From: a virus
Direction: 5' to 3' (one strand)
Virus record (IMG/VR): IMGVR_UViG_3300035689_000007
Coordinates: 14,635-78,634 of that record
Length of the DNA: 64,000 nucleotides
This document shows positions 47,501-54,540 of this stretch, piece by piece. Position numbers and translations under genes: made by a program. Below the pieces are notes generated by a model, which saw only the letters and a program-made list of their open reading frames with translations, had not been told where the DNA came from and ran no database searches. Each line of letters starts with the position of its first letter. Position 1 is the first letter of the stretch.

Positions 47501-49199
47501 CTGGTTGTAAAAACACACCACCAATATCTAATTCTTTGTCTTGAGGATCTTTATCTCCAGCGGCACGAATAACAGCTTGAATTTGTTGATCATTTATCTT
47601 GAATGTAGAACTGACACCATCTGATTCTAATTTTTCCTGTAAATTTTTTCTCGTTCCCTGTTTTCCACCCTTTTGGAATCTATTCTCATTCATAGCAGCA
47701 AGATTACTAGCACCTAATCTATTGACGCTACTCTTTCTAATAACAAATTCGCCGGGTTGTAACATTGCTGGAACAGTATCTCTATTGCCACTGCCGGGAA
47801 CCATACCACCCCTAGCAAAATAATGAACTTGACCTCCGCGAGACATTCTTCTACCACCACCACCGCCACCTAATCCGGCTGAAATACCACCTAAAAATCC
47901 ACCAATACCTTGTGCCGCTTTAATGCTAGCAAATGTTAATAATAATGGTATAACGGGTTTTAACGAATCTGCAAGTTTAATTAGTGCGCTCGCTAATTTC
48001 AAAGTAGTATCAGCAAGAACTTGGAAAGTGCCAGTTTGTGTAATACTTCTAATTAGTGCTAGAAATTCTTCTTTAACTTTGATAATTCTTATAGCAAGAG
48101 ATTGTTGTGCAGTAGCAACGTCATTAGCCAAAGAACCCGCGCCCTCTTGTGCGACATTTAAAGCTTCTTGAGCAACAGCAAACTGTTGTAAGAGTGGAAT
48201 AACTTTACCAATCTGTCTAAAGCCACCAAGCTCTTCTGCAACGCGAATAAATGTAATATCGCCCTGTTCTAATCCACCAAGGGCTTCGCTCAATCTTTTA
48301 ATGGCTTCAAACGGTCCAACGAATTTACCCTGTAAATCTACAAGCTCTACACCAAACTGTTTTAAGAATTCAATTGTTTTGGGGCGTTGGATACGTGTAA
48401 AAATTGTACGTAAACCAGTACCAATACTTTCTGCACTTTCTCGCGTAGTCGCTCTTACGCTGGTGAACAATGCCAAGAGTTCATTAAGACTACCGCCAGA
48501 AGATTTAAACACACCGCCCGTTCTACGAACAACGTCGATCAAGTCAGATGATTCAACAGCAAACGCCGCTGAAACAGCGTTAACTGAACCAAGTTGTTGT
48601 TCTAAGGCAGCGGCACCAGCTCTAAACTGATTAAAAATAGCCACAGCGCCTTCTGTGGTTTCTGTAATATCATCGAACGTTGGCGACAATTGAGTTTGTG
48701 CTAAAGTTCTAAGTGCTATTTCTGTATCTTTGGCAGTTAAACCAGCTTGTGCTAAAATCGTTGAAACATTTATCAAACTAGAAGAACTAACACCTAAATT
48801 AGTAGCTAAAGATGTAATTGTCTCACTAAGAGAAGAAAGTTGTGTGATAGTCTTGCCAGTGACCTGACTTATACGAACTAACTCTCTTTCAAATTTTATA
48901 GCTTCATCTACGGCGCTGGAAATTGTATTAGTAAAAAGACTAACAGCCCTAGTTGCTACGGCTAGGGCTGAAAATCTTCTTACTGATGTTACGAATGTTC
49001 TGCCTAGTCTTTCTGACGCTACAGTAGCTCTATCAGTAGACTGAGTTAATTGATCTATTTCAGATCTAGCTCTTGCAGCATTATTTACCTGTATATTAAC
49101 TCTAACATTATCAAGTTGACTTTGGATTTGTCTAACAACTTGATTAACATTTGAGGGCGCTTGTATATTTAACTGTGCTGTGAGTACAAATCTTGACAT
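41502..49199 (-). CDS. tail tape measure protein (2565 aa) with internal cargo-like domains
   Basis: N-terminal PhageMin_Tail-like region (AIKFERELVRISQVTG, LAQAGL, ESAESIGTGLRTIFTRI); two lambda gpH-like FAxGG..GEFVI modules; hydrophobic/Gly-zipper segments; long Ala/Gln/Glu helical regions. Confidence 0.92.
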   Translation of the reverse strand: MSRFVLTAQLNIQAPSNVNQVVRQIQSQLDNVRVNIQVNNAARARSEIDQLTQSTDRATVASERLGRTFVTSVRRFSALAVATRAVSLFTNTISSAVDEAIKFERELVRISQVTGKTITQLSSLSETITSLATNLGVSSSSLINVSTILAQAGLTAKDTEIALRTLAQTQLSPTFDDITETTEGAVAIFNQFRAGAAALEQQLGSVNAVSAAFAVESSDLIDVVRRTGGVFKSSGGSLNELLALFTSVRATTRESAESIGTGLRTIFTRIQRPKTIEFLKQFGVELVDLQGKFVGPFEAIKRLSEALGGLEQGDITFIRVAEELGGFRQIGKVIPLLQQFAVAQEALNVAQEGAGSLANDVATAQQSLAIRIIKVKEEFLALIRSITQTGTFQVLADTTLKLASALIKLADSLKPVIPLLLTFASIKAAQGIGGFLGGISAGLGGGGGGRRMSRGGQVHYFARGGMVPGSGNRDTVPAMLQPGEFVIRKSSVNRLGASNLAAMNENRFQKGGKQGTRKNLQEKLESDGVSSTFKINDQQIQAVIRAAGDKDPQDKELDIGGVFLQPEGIMRKTVAGIDKSGINSMLNSVTSGLGKSATKTLTQELIGKFNSVSIGITSGSLSKTVSEQYKNGINTSLANFSNTFASQTFKNNPPFDSGKFSAALNRANIEQIEGGIFEAFVNGLSNSPFTENKINPNDTFDFPSGLGSAGQIFNLDSSLISDAKRTFSEDSLGSLAKKGTNKLVEGFRSTLANELISQNVGGFTSDIENRKKASTAEQRVSARKQKKFLGGIIRKFAAGGLATAPMVDDILQASGSILPNPSSAIQALIKSGGGAVDIDRTLKRTVGDLAYAKAKTPEAKQSVLQTYFRDEAKRLQDLKSSPLTQFGKELQAIIKSGQIDPRKISIISKSKRVKGAAEYLGGLFGIPTANMIFTQGASKQPALDSMRSKGPRADRSVKRFATGGNVGTDTVPALLTPGEFVINKQSAQNIGYGSLNRMNKVGKYAKGGIVGVQRFANGGKSKPPQFLGSGSEGFVDFDPSIFTGVSTTFKVLDKVTKNLSSRIANFAGFNQELSSGYASLSQQIKGVIGFSGGPLITALKDNAAANKLGSLTQFGIIDEISQYISSLDGNTAQHVIVQERLEAYGRALLEDTKVKQESAKTSKDVTKSPVSSSGEVDRNIDQEIANVKQRILSATNKELAYNTSTEQLARRGITATDAIQKERERLKEAIKAQAQAAFDQARKTIRSGASASRIDVRTGKEMSDKTAAAKAKKQQLQEAGFTKGGEKTEAILRGRRLATDPEYRARVESRDVGGGGFREERSRQEILERRATITRAERSARSDLRNTVQGASSPLPSNRASDAGNRGGAGGGGGGGGGGTPRRGGGDGMAAFAAFSAVTSALAMLAPTIDENSTSMDYFKKNISELGLQFSTVAFLLQQIPLGGIVDGFKGLLVNVGLMSSAAKVNAAANTANTITEGAETGANTANTASEVAETSANLAAVLANPFVLLAAAVLGAIGAFALWQSSIAEAAKAQKEKAIKEGDVNTAVLKAEEEVGAKERMVRPTGDELGNVGLGAASGAAIGLAVGSIVPVIGTTIGAAAGAIIGAGVGAMTASLEVDGDIIIKHAKAMALTNKATEKFQDAQDATSQKMEEFRNGTASAIDVLNAASSAQLAAVEARMANEEALSALQKELAEDTFSYMREALAWLSFGFVDSNAEVKQQKVQKQEELQKANKELDKTVLASAKPGIGLIQRQTANSGGSFQDVLNLLKQRDAEQGTNVVATLEREQDEAKAKGRDSELQRMEKEFNNLAKEAQRTREAFNAMNLGFNNVNAAASAASVGINNLIEAQDGSTSRLGQTISTLEAGITNAAQGISDTDWNSAVQEASGQLSKLGGDPAQIKKFEENLGAVNQAQKFFAQASEEAKAKLKADFERGVARGTGTADEKREALGEAVVNQLKDFAPEVKERIKKAIEGGKLSEDDMQQIVDGNFAPLQNALGELGEQTLSQVLPALQKVKESEEQLFKIQKQRIDLENKYIEAQKKTIDVQMEAAKIMEEFGGAAVTPEMQKQAILDKANLDSAQAGVSGLQTGSAAEFAQRSAETRAKMEELGAVRKSAASGDRGAQQQINPEFEAQEQRLADLAAKEQETIRALIDVKRQELKLVKAKNKAEKDAIDSLLSGNIEEFLNKQAGAGAAAAAAVGDPRLTSQFGFTAFGEATKQLQAQKEAGVREVFGQNIDQVTENAYAAGLANTGMSGDLKGMAEVAAGTTAEEKAIQEEARGLAAQLVPAAQNQELAAKLQLDAARALEEAAKKQMEAAVQNVKERTGEAGKAAEGAEAPKADQPAAPPPEPKAQAQPEAQASKPAPSSPFSALLANVSGSPALQARLAANTNYTPPSQTGTTPPANVATTPAPPVTNVPQVPQNTSSSGASPQQMMPTFNSDGIISAIGGLQSVLSTIATNTTPANGNAQPPIDLAALSNFSQSLTTFLGAFQANIDRLSSLGLNITLAPVTVTVNLMDGGIFKAIKDYANNQIIEAVTKEISKYKVGQGGTLSKSSSTVGR

Positions 49200-49231
49200 T
49201 TAGTATCCTATGCTACAAGGCTATGATATTA

Positions 49232-50083
49232 TTATAGATCTTCCTCTTCTTTAGCAGCTTTTTTCTTCTTAGGTTTTTCTTCGGGAGTAACATGGATATC
49301 ATCTTCATAGTCGGCTTGAATTAAGATCTGACCGCTATCTGATAATAAGTTGCCATCCCTATCTATGCGTTGACCTTTATCATTAATAAGCCAACCCTTA
49401 TCGTTGACTCTAGTACCGTCTACGTCTACCTTGTTACCCTCTGTATCGACCAGAGAAAGTTCTTCGTCTACTAAGTTAAACTTTTTAAGGAACTGATTTT
49501 CTGGTAGATTTTCTTCATAAGATTTATCTAGATTATAGATCATTTCACCAAGAGTCGCGGCAGCGGTGAATGCTATTTCGTCGTCTGCCTTTTCTTCATA
49601 ATCTGCTAAAGTACTATACACCTTTTCTCCATCAGAATAATATGTACAATTTGCTACTAAAAAGTTGAATTTAGCATTATCTGATAAACCTTCAGCAGTA
49701 TTAGATTCTAAGCTAATCTTTTCAGAGATTAATTCTCTAAGTTGATTTCTTAGTCTACGTATCTGAAGAGCCTTTTCTTTGCCTTCAGATACTTTTAATT
49801 TTCTACCATTAACACCTAGGGCAAGTTCTCTTTCAAGTCTATTAATTTCAGAACTAATACGACCCTGTTCTTGCTCCTTCTGATCGTTCCATATATTATT
49901 TTTTCTCATGAAGTCTTGTAGTGTTAATTTAGTGAACAAGCCTTCTTTGATAGATTCTGTCCAAACTTTTACACCAATTTTTTGAGCTTTGGTCATAAGA
50001 ATGGCAGATGGTTTTTTAACAACGATTTTGACCTTAGAACCATCCTCTAATTCCACTTCTACTTCTTTCTGTTTTTCCTTCAT
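49232..50083 (-). CDS. probable tail assembly chaperone
   Basis: Immediately upstream of TMP, charged helical protein, AGGAG RBS. Confidence 0.5.
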   Translation of the reverse strand: MKEKQKEVEVELEDGSKVKIVVKKPSAILMTKAQKIGVKVWTESIKEGLFTKLTLQDFMRKNNIWNDQKEQEQGRISSEINRLERELALGVNGRKLKVSEGKEKALQIRRLRNQLRELISEKISLESNTAEGLSDNAKFNFLVANCTYYSDGEKVYSTLADYEEKADDEIAFTAAATLGEMIYNLDKSYEENLPENQFLKKFNLVDEELSLVDTEGNKVDVDGTRVNDKGWLINDKGQRIDRDGNLLSDSGQILIQADYEDDIHVTPEEKPKKKKAAKEEEDL

Positions 50084-50406
50084 TTTTTATCTCCTAGTAT
50101 AGGTTTCACGGGCATTTCAATTTGAAATCTTAGTAATTCCACATCATATTGAGCCAACTCAGCATCAATATTTCTCATTTGATAATTTCCTTTATCTAAT
50201 ATTTCCGATCTTAGTCTAAAAAATAATTCTTTCATTTCTTCACAGTGGGGAGAATTTTCATTCCATAAAAATCCTAGATGTTCCTCTACAGAGCTTATAG
50301 CCCCGATCATAGTTGTCTGTATTCGTTTTTTAATACTATTGGATAATCTATCCTTAGAATCTTCCTTATATTTACTGTATCGTTTTGCAGAGTATTTTTT
50401 GTCCAT
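50080..50406 (-). CDS. hypothetical protein (tail assembly region)
   Basis: 108-aa coupled ORF. Confidence 0.6.
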   Translation of the reverse strand: MDKKYSAKRYSKYKEDSKDRLSNSIKKRIQTTMIGAISSVEEHLGFLWNENSPHCEEMKELFFRLRSEILDKGNYQMRNIDAELAQYDVELLRFQIEMPVKPILGDKK

Positions 50407-50408
50407 AA

Positions 50409-51449
50409 TTACTTGTTCCTTTTTGTGTGATTTTTAAACTGCTCATTGATCTGCTGCCGTCCTTCCATTTGTATGTCTGGAAGATTTTCATAACTTACAA
50501 CGCCATTTTTTCTTATAGCCTCAATTCTTTGTTTTTTAATCCATTTAGCTTGATCTGTGTTAAGTTCATCAATTTCTTTGGGACTAATATTTTTTCTATT
50601 GGTAACAAATAGTTCTTTAGATGAATTTAATTTTTCATTCTTAGATATTGCTTCTAATTCTTTTTGATTTTTTTCCTTTGCTCTCTTTTTCTTTTGAGCA
50701 ATAAACCAACCATCTAATAAATCGTCATCTTCAATAACGTCGTTTGATGGTGGATCTATAGACTCTTGAATATTATCATAGGTTTGTGACCATAAGACTA
50801 AATTTTTTTGATTGAGTGTTACGTCTACATTATCTGCATTAAAAAATAGCTTGAATTGACCCTTAGTATTTGTAATCCATAGAGATCTCCAAGGCTCATT
50901 CCGCGCTAAATATCTTATTGTATTATCAGATATAACTGAATTTTGATATTGTTCAACTATACTTTCTATTATTTTTTCTATGTGGTACAGTTTTTCTTTT
51001 TTATATGTTGTTTGTGTTAAAATCCAAGTTAATCTATGCATTTCCGCATATGATTCACAAGTATTAGAATAATATGCATTTTTTTTATGCAATTTTTCTG
51101 CTAAAATCCTTTCTATAGATCTTATTGTAGATTTTCCATATTTCAAAAAGTATGTATCTTTTCGATTTTCGTATAATTTAAACTTTGCATCCTCTAAATC
51201 TTTTGGTAATTGTTCAAGCTCTTCTTCGTCTGTTTTTTGCCAAATGCCAATAGCTTTCATCCAAGATTCAGTTTCCTCTACGGTCATTATATCTTCATTT
51301 TGAGCTTCTAAAAATGCATTTTGGTATACTTCATAAGATTCGATTACTTGTTCTATTGTTGGTGGATATATGCAAAGTGTGGGATTTTTAGTATAAACAA
51401 CTCCAGATCTAATTGAAGAAATAAGAAACTCCCGCAGACGATAATCCAT
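50409..51449 (-). CDS. hypothetical protein, probable tail assembly chaperone
   Basis: 346 aa between tail tube and TMP; WRSLW...WSQTYDNI...DDDLLDGW. Confidence 0.45.
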   Translation of the reverse strand: MDYRLREFLISSIRSGVVYTKNPTLCIYPPTIEQVIESYEVYQNAFLEAQNEDIMTVEETESWMKAIGIWQKTDEEELEQLPKDLEDAKFKLYENRKDTYFLKYGKSTIRSIERILAEKLHKKNAYYSNTCESYAEMHRLTWILTQTTYKKEKLYHIEKIIESIVEQYQNSVISDNTIRYLARNEPWRSLWITNTKGQFKLFFNADNVDVTLNQKNLVLWSQTYDNIQESIDPPSNDVIEDDDLLDGWFIAQKKKRAKEKNQKELEAISKNEKLNSSKELFVTNRKNISPKEIDELNTDQAKWIKKQRIEAIRKNGVVSYENLPDIQMEGRQQINEQFKNHTKRNK

Positions 51450-51472
51450 ATTAATCTCATCTACGGGAGTTC
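51426..51472 (-). promoter_or_regulatory. 16-bp mRNA hairpin covering RBS and start of the 346-aa gene; possible attenuator or terminator
   Basis: GAACUCCCGUAGAUGA / UCGUCUGCGGGAGUUU with G-U pairs valid only on the coding strand, AUG in the loop, followed by U-rich tract. Confidence 0.65.
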
Positions 51473-51474
51473 AC
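51457..51474 (-). other. mini upstream ORF GTG-AAC-TCC-CGT-AGA-TGA (MNSRR*)
   Basis: TAAGGA SD 6 nt upstream (51481-51486); coincides with the 5' arm of the hairpin. Confidence 0.45.
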
Positions 51475-51504
51475 TTTGTTTCCTTAAAAATCCAATTTAA
51501 TTAT

Positions 51505-52407
51505 TTATGCTATCTCAAAGAAGTTATAACCAACATATGAATATGTAATAGTTGCATTACCACCACCAGCATCTCCACCAGAATAATTACTACTAGTAAG
51601 TCTTGCTGAACTGCCCATACTAAATGTAAGACCGGCAGCAGTAACTGATACTGTTTGGTCTGATGTGATATCATTTTGATTAGTGTCTACAAAGTTTAAT
51701 CCAGTAACATTATCTGTGGCTAAGTATTCCATTTCAGCAGTAACTTCTACTGGAAAACCAGCAGCTTTATGATATGGAGTCTTACTGCCAAGTTCAAATA
51801 AATCTTCTCTAGAAAAATCTAGACTAAAAGAAGCTGACTGTAATTTAGACTTACCGCCGGGAGAAGCTGCTGTAATATCTTGTCGTCTAATAACCGCTGC
51901 GTCTGCTGTTGGATCTGTCACTACAGCATTACCAGTTGATGATCCTTGAATTGTTGGTGGGCTGTCCGTGACGCCCCACTGTAAGTTATTGCCAACTAAC
52001 GTAACGCTTTCTGTCATAGCTCCGTCGATTTGGAAATTAACAGAATAACTACTTACATATAGACCTGTAGCTTGAAGAAAATTTGATGCAGTATAAGGTG
52101 TAGAGCCATCATCAGCTACAGACATATATAAGTTTGGTCTAGCGTTACCAACATCTGTAACAGCGCCGCCAAGGGTATTCCAAACAGAGTCTCCATCTTT
52201 TAAGATGACTCTTTCAAGTGTAATTTCAACATTTGGTACACCTTCTAGGTTTTGATAAATATCAAGTCTACCTAGTTCGAAAATTTGTTCAAAGTCTACG
52301 GTGCCATTAACACCAACTGATTGCCAGCCAGAACTTAGTCCCGCACCAGCGTTTGCTGGAACAGATAGAGAAACGTTCTGAACTGCATAGAATATTCTAT
52401 TTGACAT
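51505..52407 (-). CDS. major tail tube protein
   Basis: 300 aa Ser/Thr/Gly/Val-rich; duplicated EQIFELG / EDLFELG motifs; position between neck genes and TMP; strong RBS and own promoter motif. Confidence 0.75.
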   Translation of the reverse strand: MSNRIFYAVQNVSLSVPANAGAGLSSGWQSVGVNGTVDFEQIFELGRLDIYQNLEGVPNVEITLERVILKDGDSVWNTLGGAVTDVGNARPNLYMSVADDGSTPYTASNFLQATGLYVSSYSVNFQIDGAMTESVTLVGNNLQWGVTDSPPTIQGSSTGNAVVTDPTADAAVIRRQDITAASPGGKSKLQSASFSLDFSREDLFELGSKTPYHKAAGFPVEVTAEMEYLATDNVTGLNFVDTNQNDITSDQTVSVTAAGLTFSMGSSARLTSSNYSGGDAGGGNATITYSYVGYNFFEIA

Positions 52408-52439
52408 GAATCTCTCCCTTAATGAAGTATAATTTTGTC

Positions 52440-52469
52440 TAGATCTAGATCTATCACTTTATACACAAA
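52440..52469 (-). promoter_or_regulatory. putative late promoter TTTGTGTATAA with downstream palindrome TAGATCTAGATCTA
   Basis: Same 11-mer + 5 nt + TAGA-palindrome as at 18975-19002. Confidence 0.6.
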
Positions 52470-53432
52470 TTAGATTTGTGTTGTGATTATTTCGGTTGTC
52501 ATACGCACTATTCCAGCGTACAAATTTGAGTTAAGTATTTCCATTCCTTGGACTTTAGTGTTTCTTAATAACGCTGTGCCATTAAAATATGCATTAATTA
52601 AATCTGGATATCTTTTTGCATTTGGGTTAGGATATCCCATAAAATTCAATGGAAAATCATTGCTAGATGCCATAGAATTAGTATTAAATAGTCCTATTAT
52701 TTTATCATTTTGCAAAGAAACAATATCTACTAATTTATTTCTAGTTAAATCATCTTCTGCAATACAATGGAATAAAACGTCAGTATATATAAATTGACCA
52801 CTAGGGCCAAGTTGATAGGGTTTAAATGTTCTATTTGGTACTATTTCTATGGCAATTGCTGGCAATTGTACCCTCATTTCCGCTGGAAGTTCGTAATCTC
52901 CCTTTGTGTTATCATTAAAAAAGGAACTTTTATCAAGAGTTCTATACTGAATTTCGCGTATCCAAGGTAAATTACTTGCATAAATTACGTTTATATACTT
53001 ATAACTATGTTCAGCTTGTACTTTGCTACCAGTGGGAATAGGATTATCAAATATTACCCTACCATTATAGTAATCTACCTTATGGGAATATATACCGCTT
53101 GTATTAGATGGATAAAAGGTGTCGTTAACATAAATACCAGATATTCCTGGTATATTTGGGTTATTGCCGACAAGTGGGGCTGGACTATATGGAACACCGC
53201 TTTGCCACACCCAGTTTTTTCTAAAACCTTCCCAAGCAGAACCCTGTGGATAATTATCATTAGATGATAACTTTAATAAGGAATAGTCTTGAGATCTAGG
53301 AGAAAGTTCACCCAGCGTTGCATTGAAGTAATTACCTTTTTCTAACAAACCCCAATCAAAAAATTCTACAAGATTATCTTGTAGCTCATTATTTAGCGTG
53401 GTAGAAAAAACACTATTAAATCCGTGTAGCAT
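52470..53432 (-). CDS. tail terminator/completion-like protein
   Basis: C-terminal QLPAIAIE...YQLG...DVLFHCIAE...RNKLVD pattern; position just upstream of tail tube. Confidence 0.55.
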   Translation of the reverse strand: MLHGFNSVFSTTLNNELQDNLVEFFDWGLLEKGNYFNATLGELSPRSQDYSLLKLSSNDNYPQGSAWEGFRKNWVWQSGVPYSPAPLVGNNPNIPGISGIYVNDTFYPSNTSGIYSHKVDYYNGRVIFDNPIPTGSKVQAEHSYKYINVIYASNLPWIREIQYRTLDKSSFFNDNTKGDYELPAEMRVQLPAIAIEIVPNRTFKPYQLGPSGQFIYTDVLFHCIAEDDLTRNKLVDIVSLQNDKIIGLFNTNSMASSNDFPLNFMGYPNPNAKRYPDLINAYFNGTALLRNTKVQGMEILNSNLYAGIVRMTTEIITTQI

Positions 53433-53434
53433 AA

Positions 53435-54061
53435 TTACCTCAGTGCATCTTGTAAGATTAGTGCTATTTCTTTTTCCTGTCTTCTACCAATTAATGCTCT
53501 AGTAATAAAATTGTCATCTGACGTTCCAGAATATTGTGGAGGCACTCTAAAAAATCCACCAACTTTCATATTTCCAAGTCCAGATCGACCCAAACCGGCT
53601 TTAGGGTTGTATTCATAATTAGTAACAATAGCTTCATCACCCCTTTGTAAAAGCCACTGTAACCAGTGCAAATCTCCATTTTCATACACTGTGTGACCCT
53701 CTGGAAGAGACAGCAAATTAGCAAAATCAGATGGCTGAAAATACACTATAACACCGCCACTTGTTAAAGTATTGTTAAATAGGACTATATCTACGCCTAC
53801 AGACGAAACAACCGCCGAATGTATAGCATTGAACGCGATTCTTTCATCTCCAGATAGTATTCCAAAAGCTCCAGATAAAAGACCATTTGCTAATGCCATC
53901 ATCTCATCTTGAGATGTAATCCATTTACTAGCCAGATTTCTCACTTTATTGGTAATATTTTGTTTTTGAGTTTTAATTTTTTTATTGATGTATGAGGATG
54001 AAGCATTATTGATTTTTTTAGAAAAAGACTCAAGATTATCTAAAAGCTTGATAGTTATCAT
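53435..54061 (-). CDS. neck/tail-completion protein (HK97 gp10-like position)
   Basis: LHWLQWLL..G, GLGRSG, C-terminal NFITRA; ATGA overlap with upstream gene. Confidence 0.5.
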   Translation of the reverse strand: MITIKLLDNLESFSKKINNASSSYINKKIKTQKQNITNKVRNLASKWITSQDEMMALANGLLSGAFGILSGDERIAFNAIHSAVVSSVGVDIVLFNNTLTSGGVIVYFQPSDFANLLSLPEGHTVYENGDLHWLQWLLQRGDEAIVTNYEYNPKAGLGRSGLGNMKVGGFFRVPPQYSGTSDDNFITRALIGRRQEKEIALILQDALR

Positions 54062-54540
54062 ATTCTTTTCCAAAAACATGCAAAATATCTTTTGTGTTTC
54101 AAGCCCATAGGTATGTGTTCTCCTACTCTTTCAAATCTCATTTCTTTATAGCCCTTAATATTATCATGAACAATAAGACATTTAGCGGCTAATACTTTTG
54201 GTAAATCAGACATATATCCAATAGTTTGTATAGAAGAATCTGGAGCAACTATACCAGAAGATAGCTGAATCCACTGTTTTGAATCCCAGTATATTTTGAG
54301 AACTATATCGGTCAGTACTTCTATTTCTTTAATAGAAACATTGCCCCTATTTCTATCCCCCAAACCTCTACGATGATCATTGATTGAATTAATAGTTGGT
54401 AAATTGTTGTTAGGATTGTAGTTAATTTCTTCTTTTTTTTCTATAGATACTAACTGACAAGTAGATCCAAATATATCAAAAGTTGAATCTATAACTTCAA
54501 AATATTTATCTATAACAGCTTGTGATATATTAATTGACAT
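54058..54540 (-). CDS. head-closure/adaptor-like protein
   Basis: 160 aa, FGSTCQL, C-terminal PMGL...YFACFWKR; synteny. Confidence 0.5.
   Translation of the reverse strand: MSINISQAVIDKYFEVIDSTFDIFGSTCQLVSIEKKEEINYNPNNNLPTINSINDHRRGLGDRNRGNVSIKEIEVLTDIVLKIYWDSKQWIQLSSGIVAPDSSIQTIGYMSDLPKVLAAKCLIVHDNIKGYKEMRFERVGEHIPMGLKHKRYFACFWKRI

Noticed and set aside
49232-49275. A-rich run at the end of the pre-TMP gene as a -1 frameshift site
   Set aside because: Not an in-frame X XXY YYZ heptamer and no downstream overlapping ORF to enter
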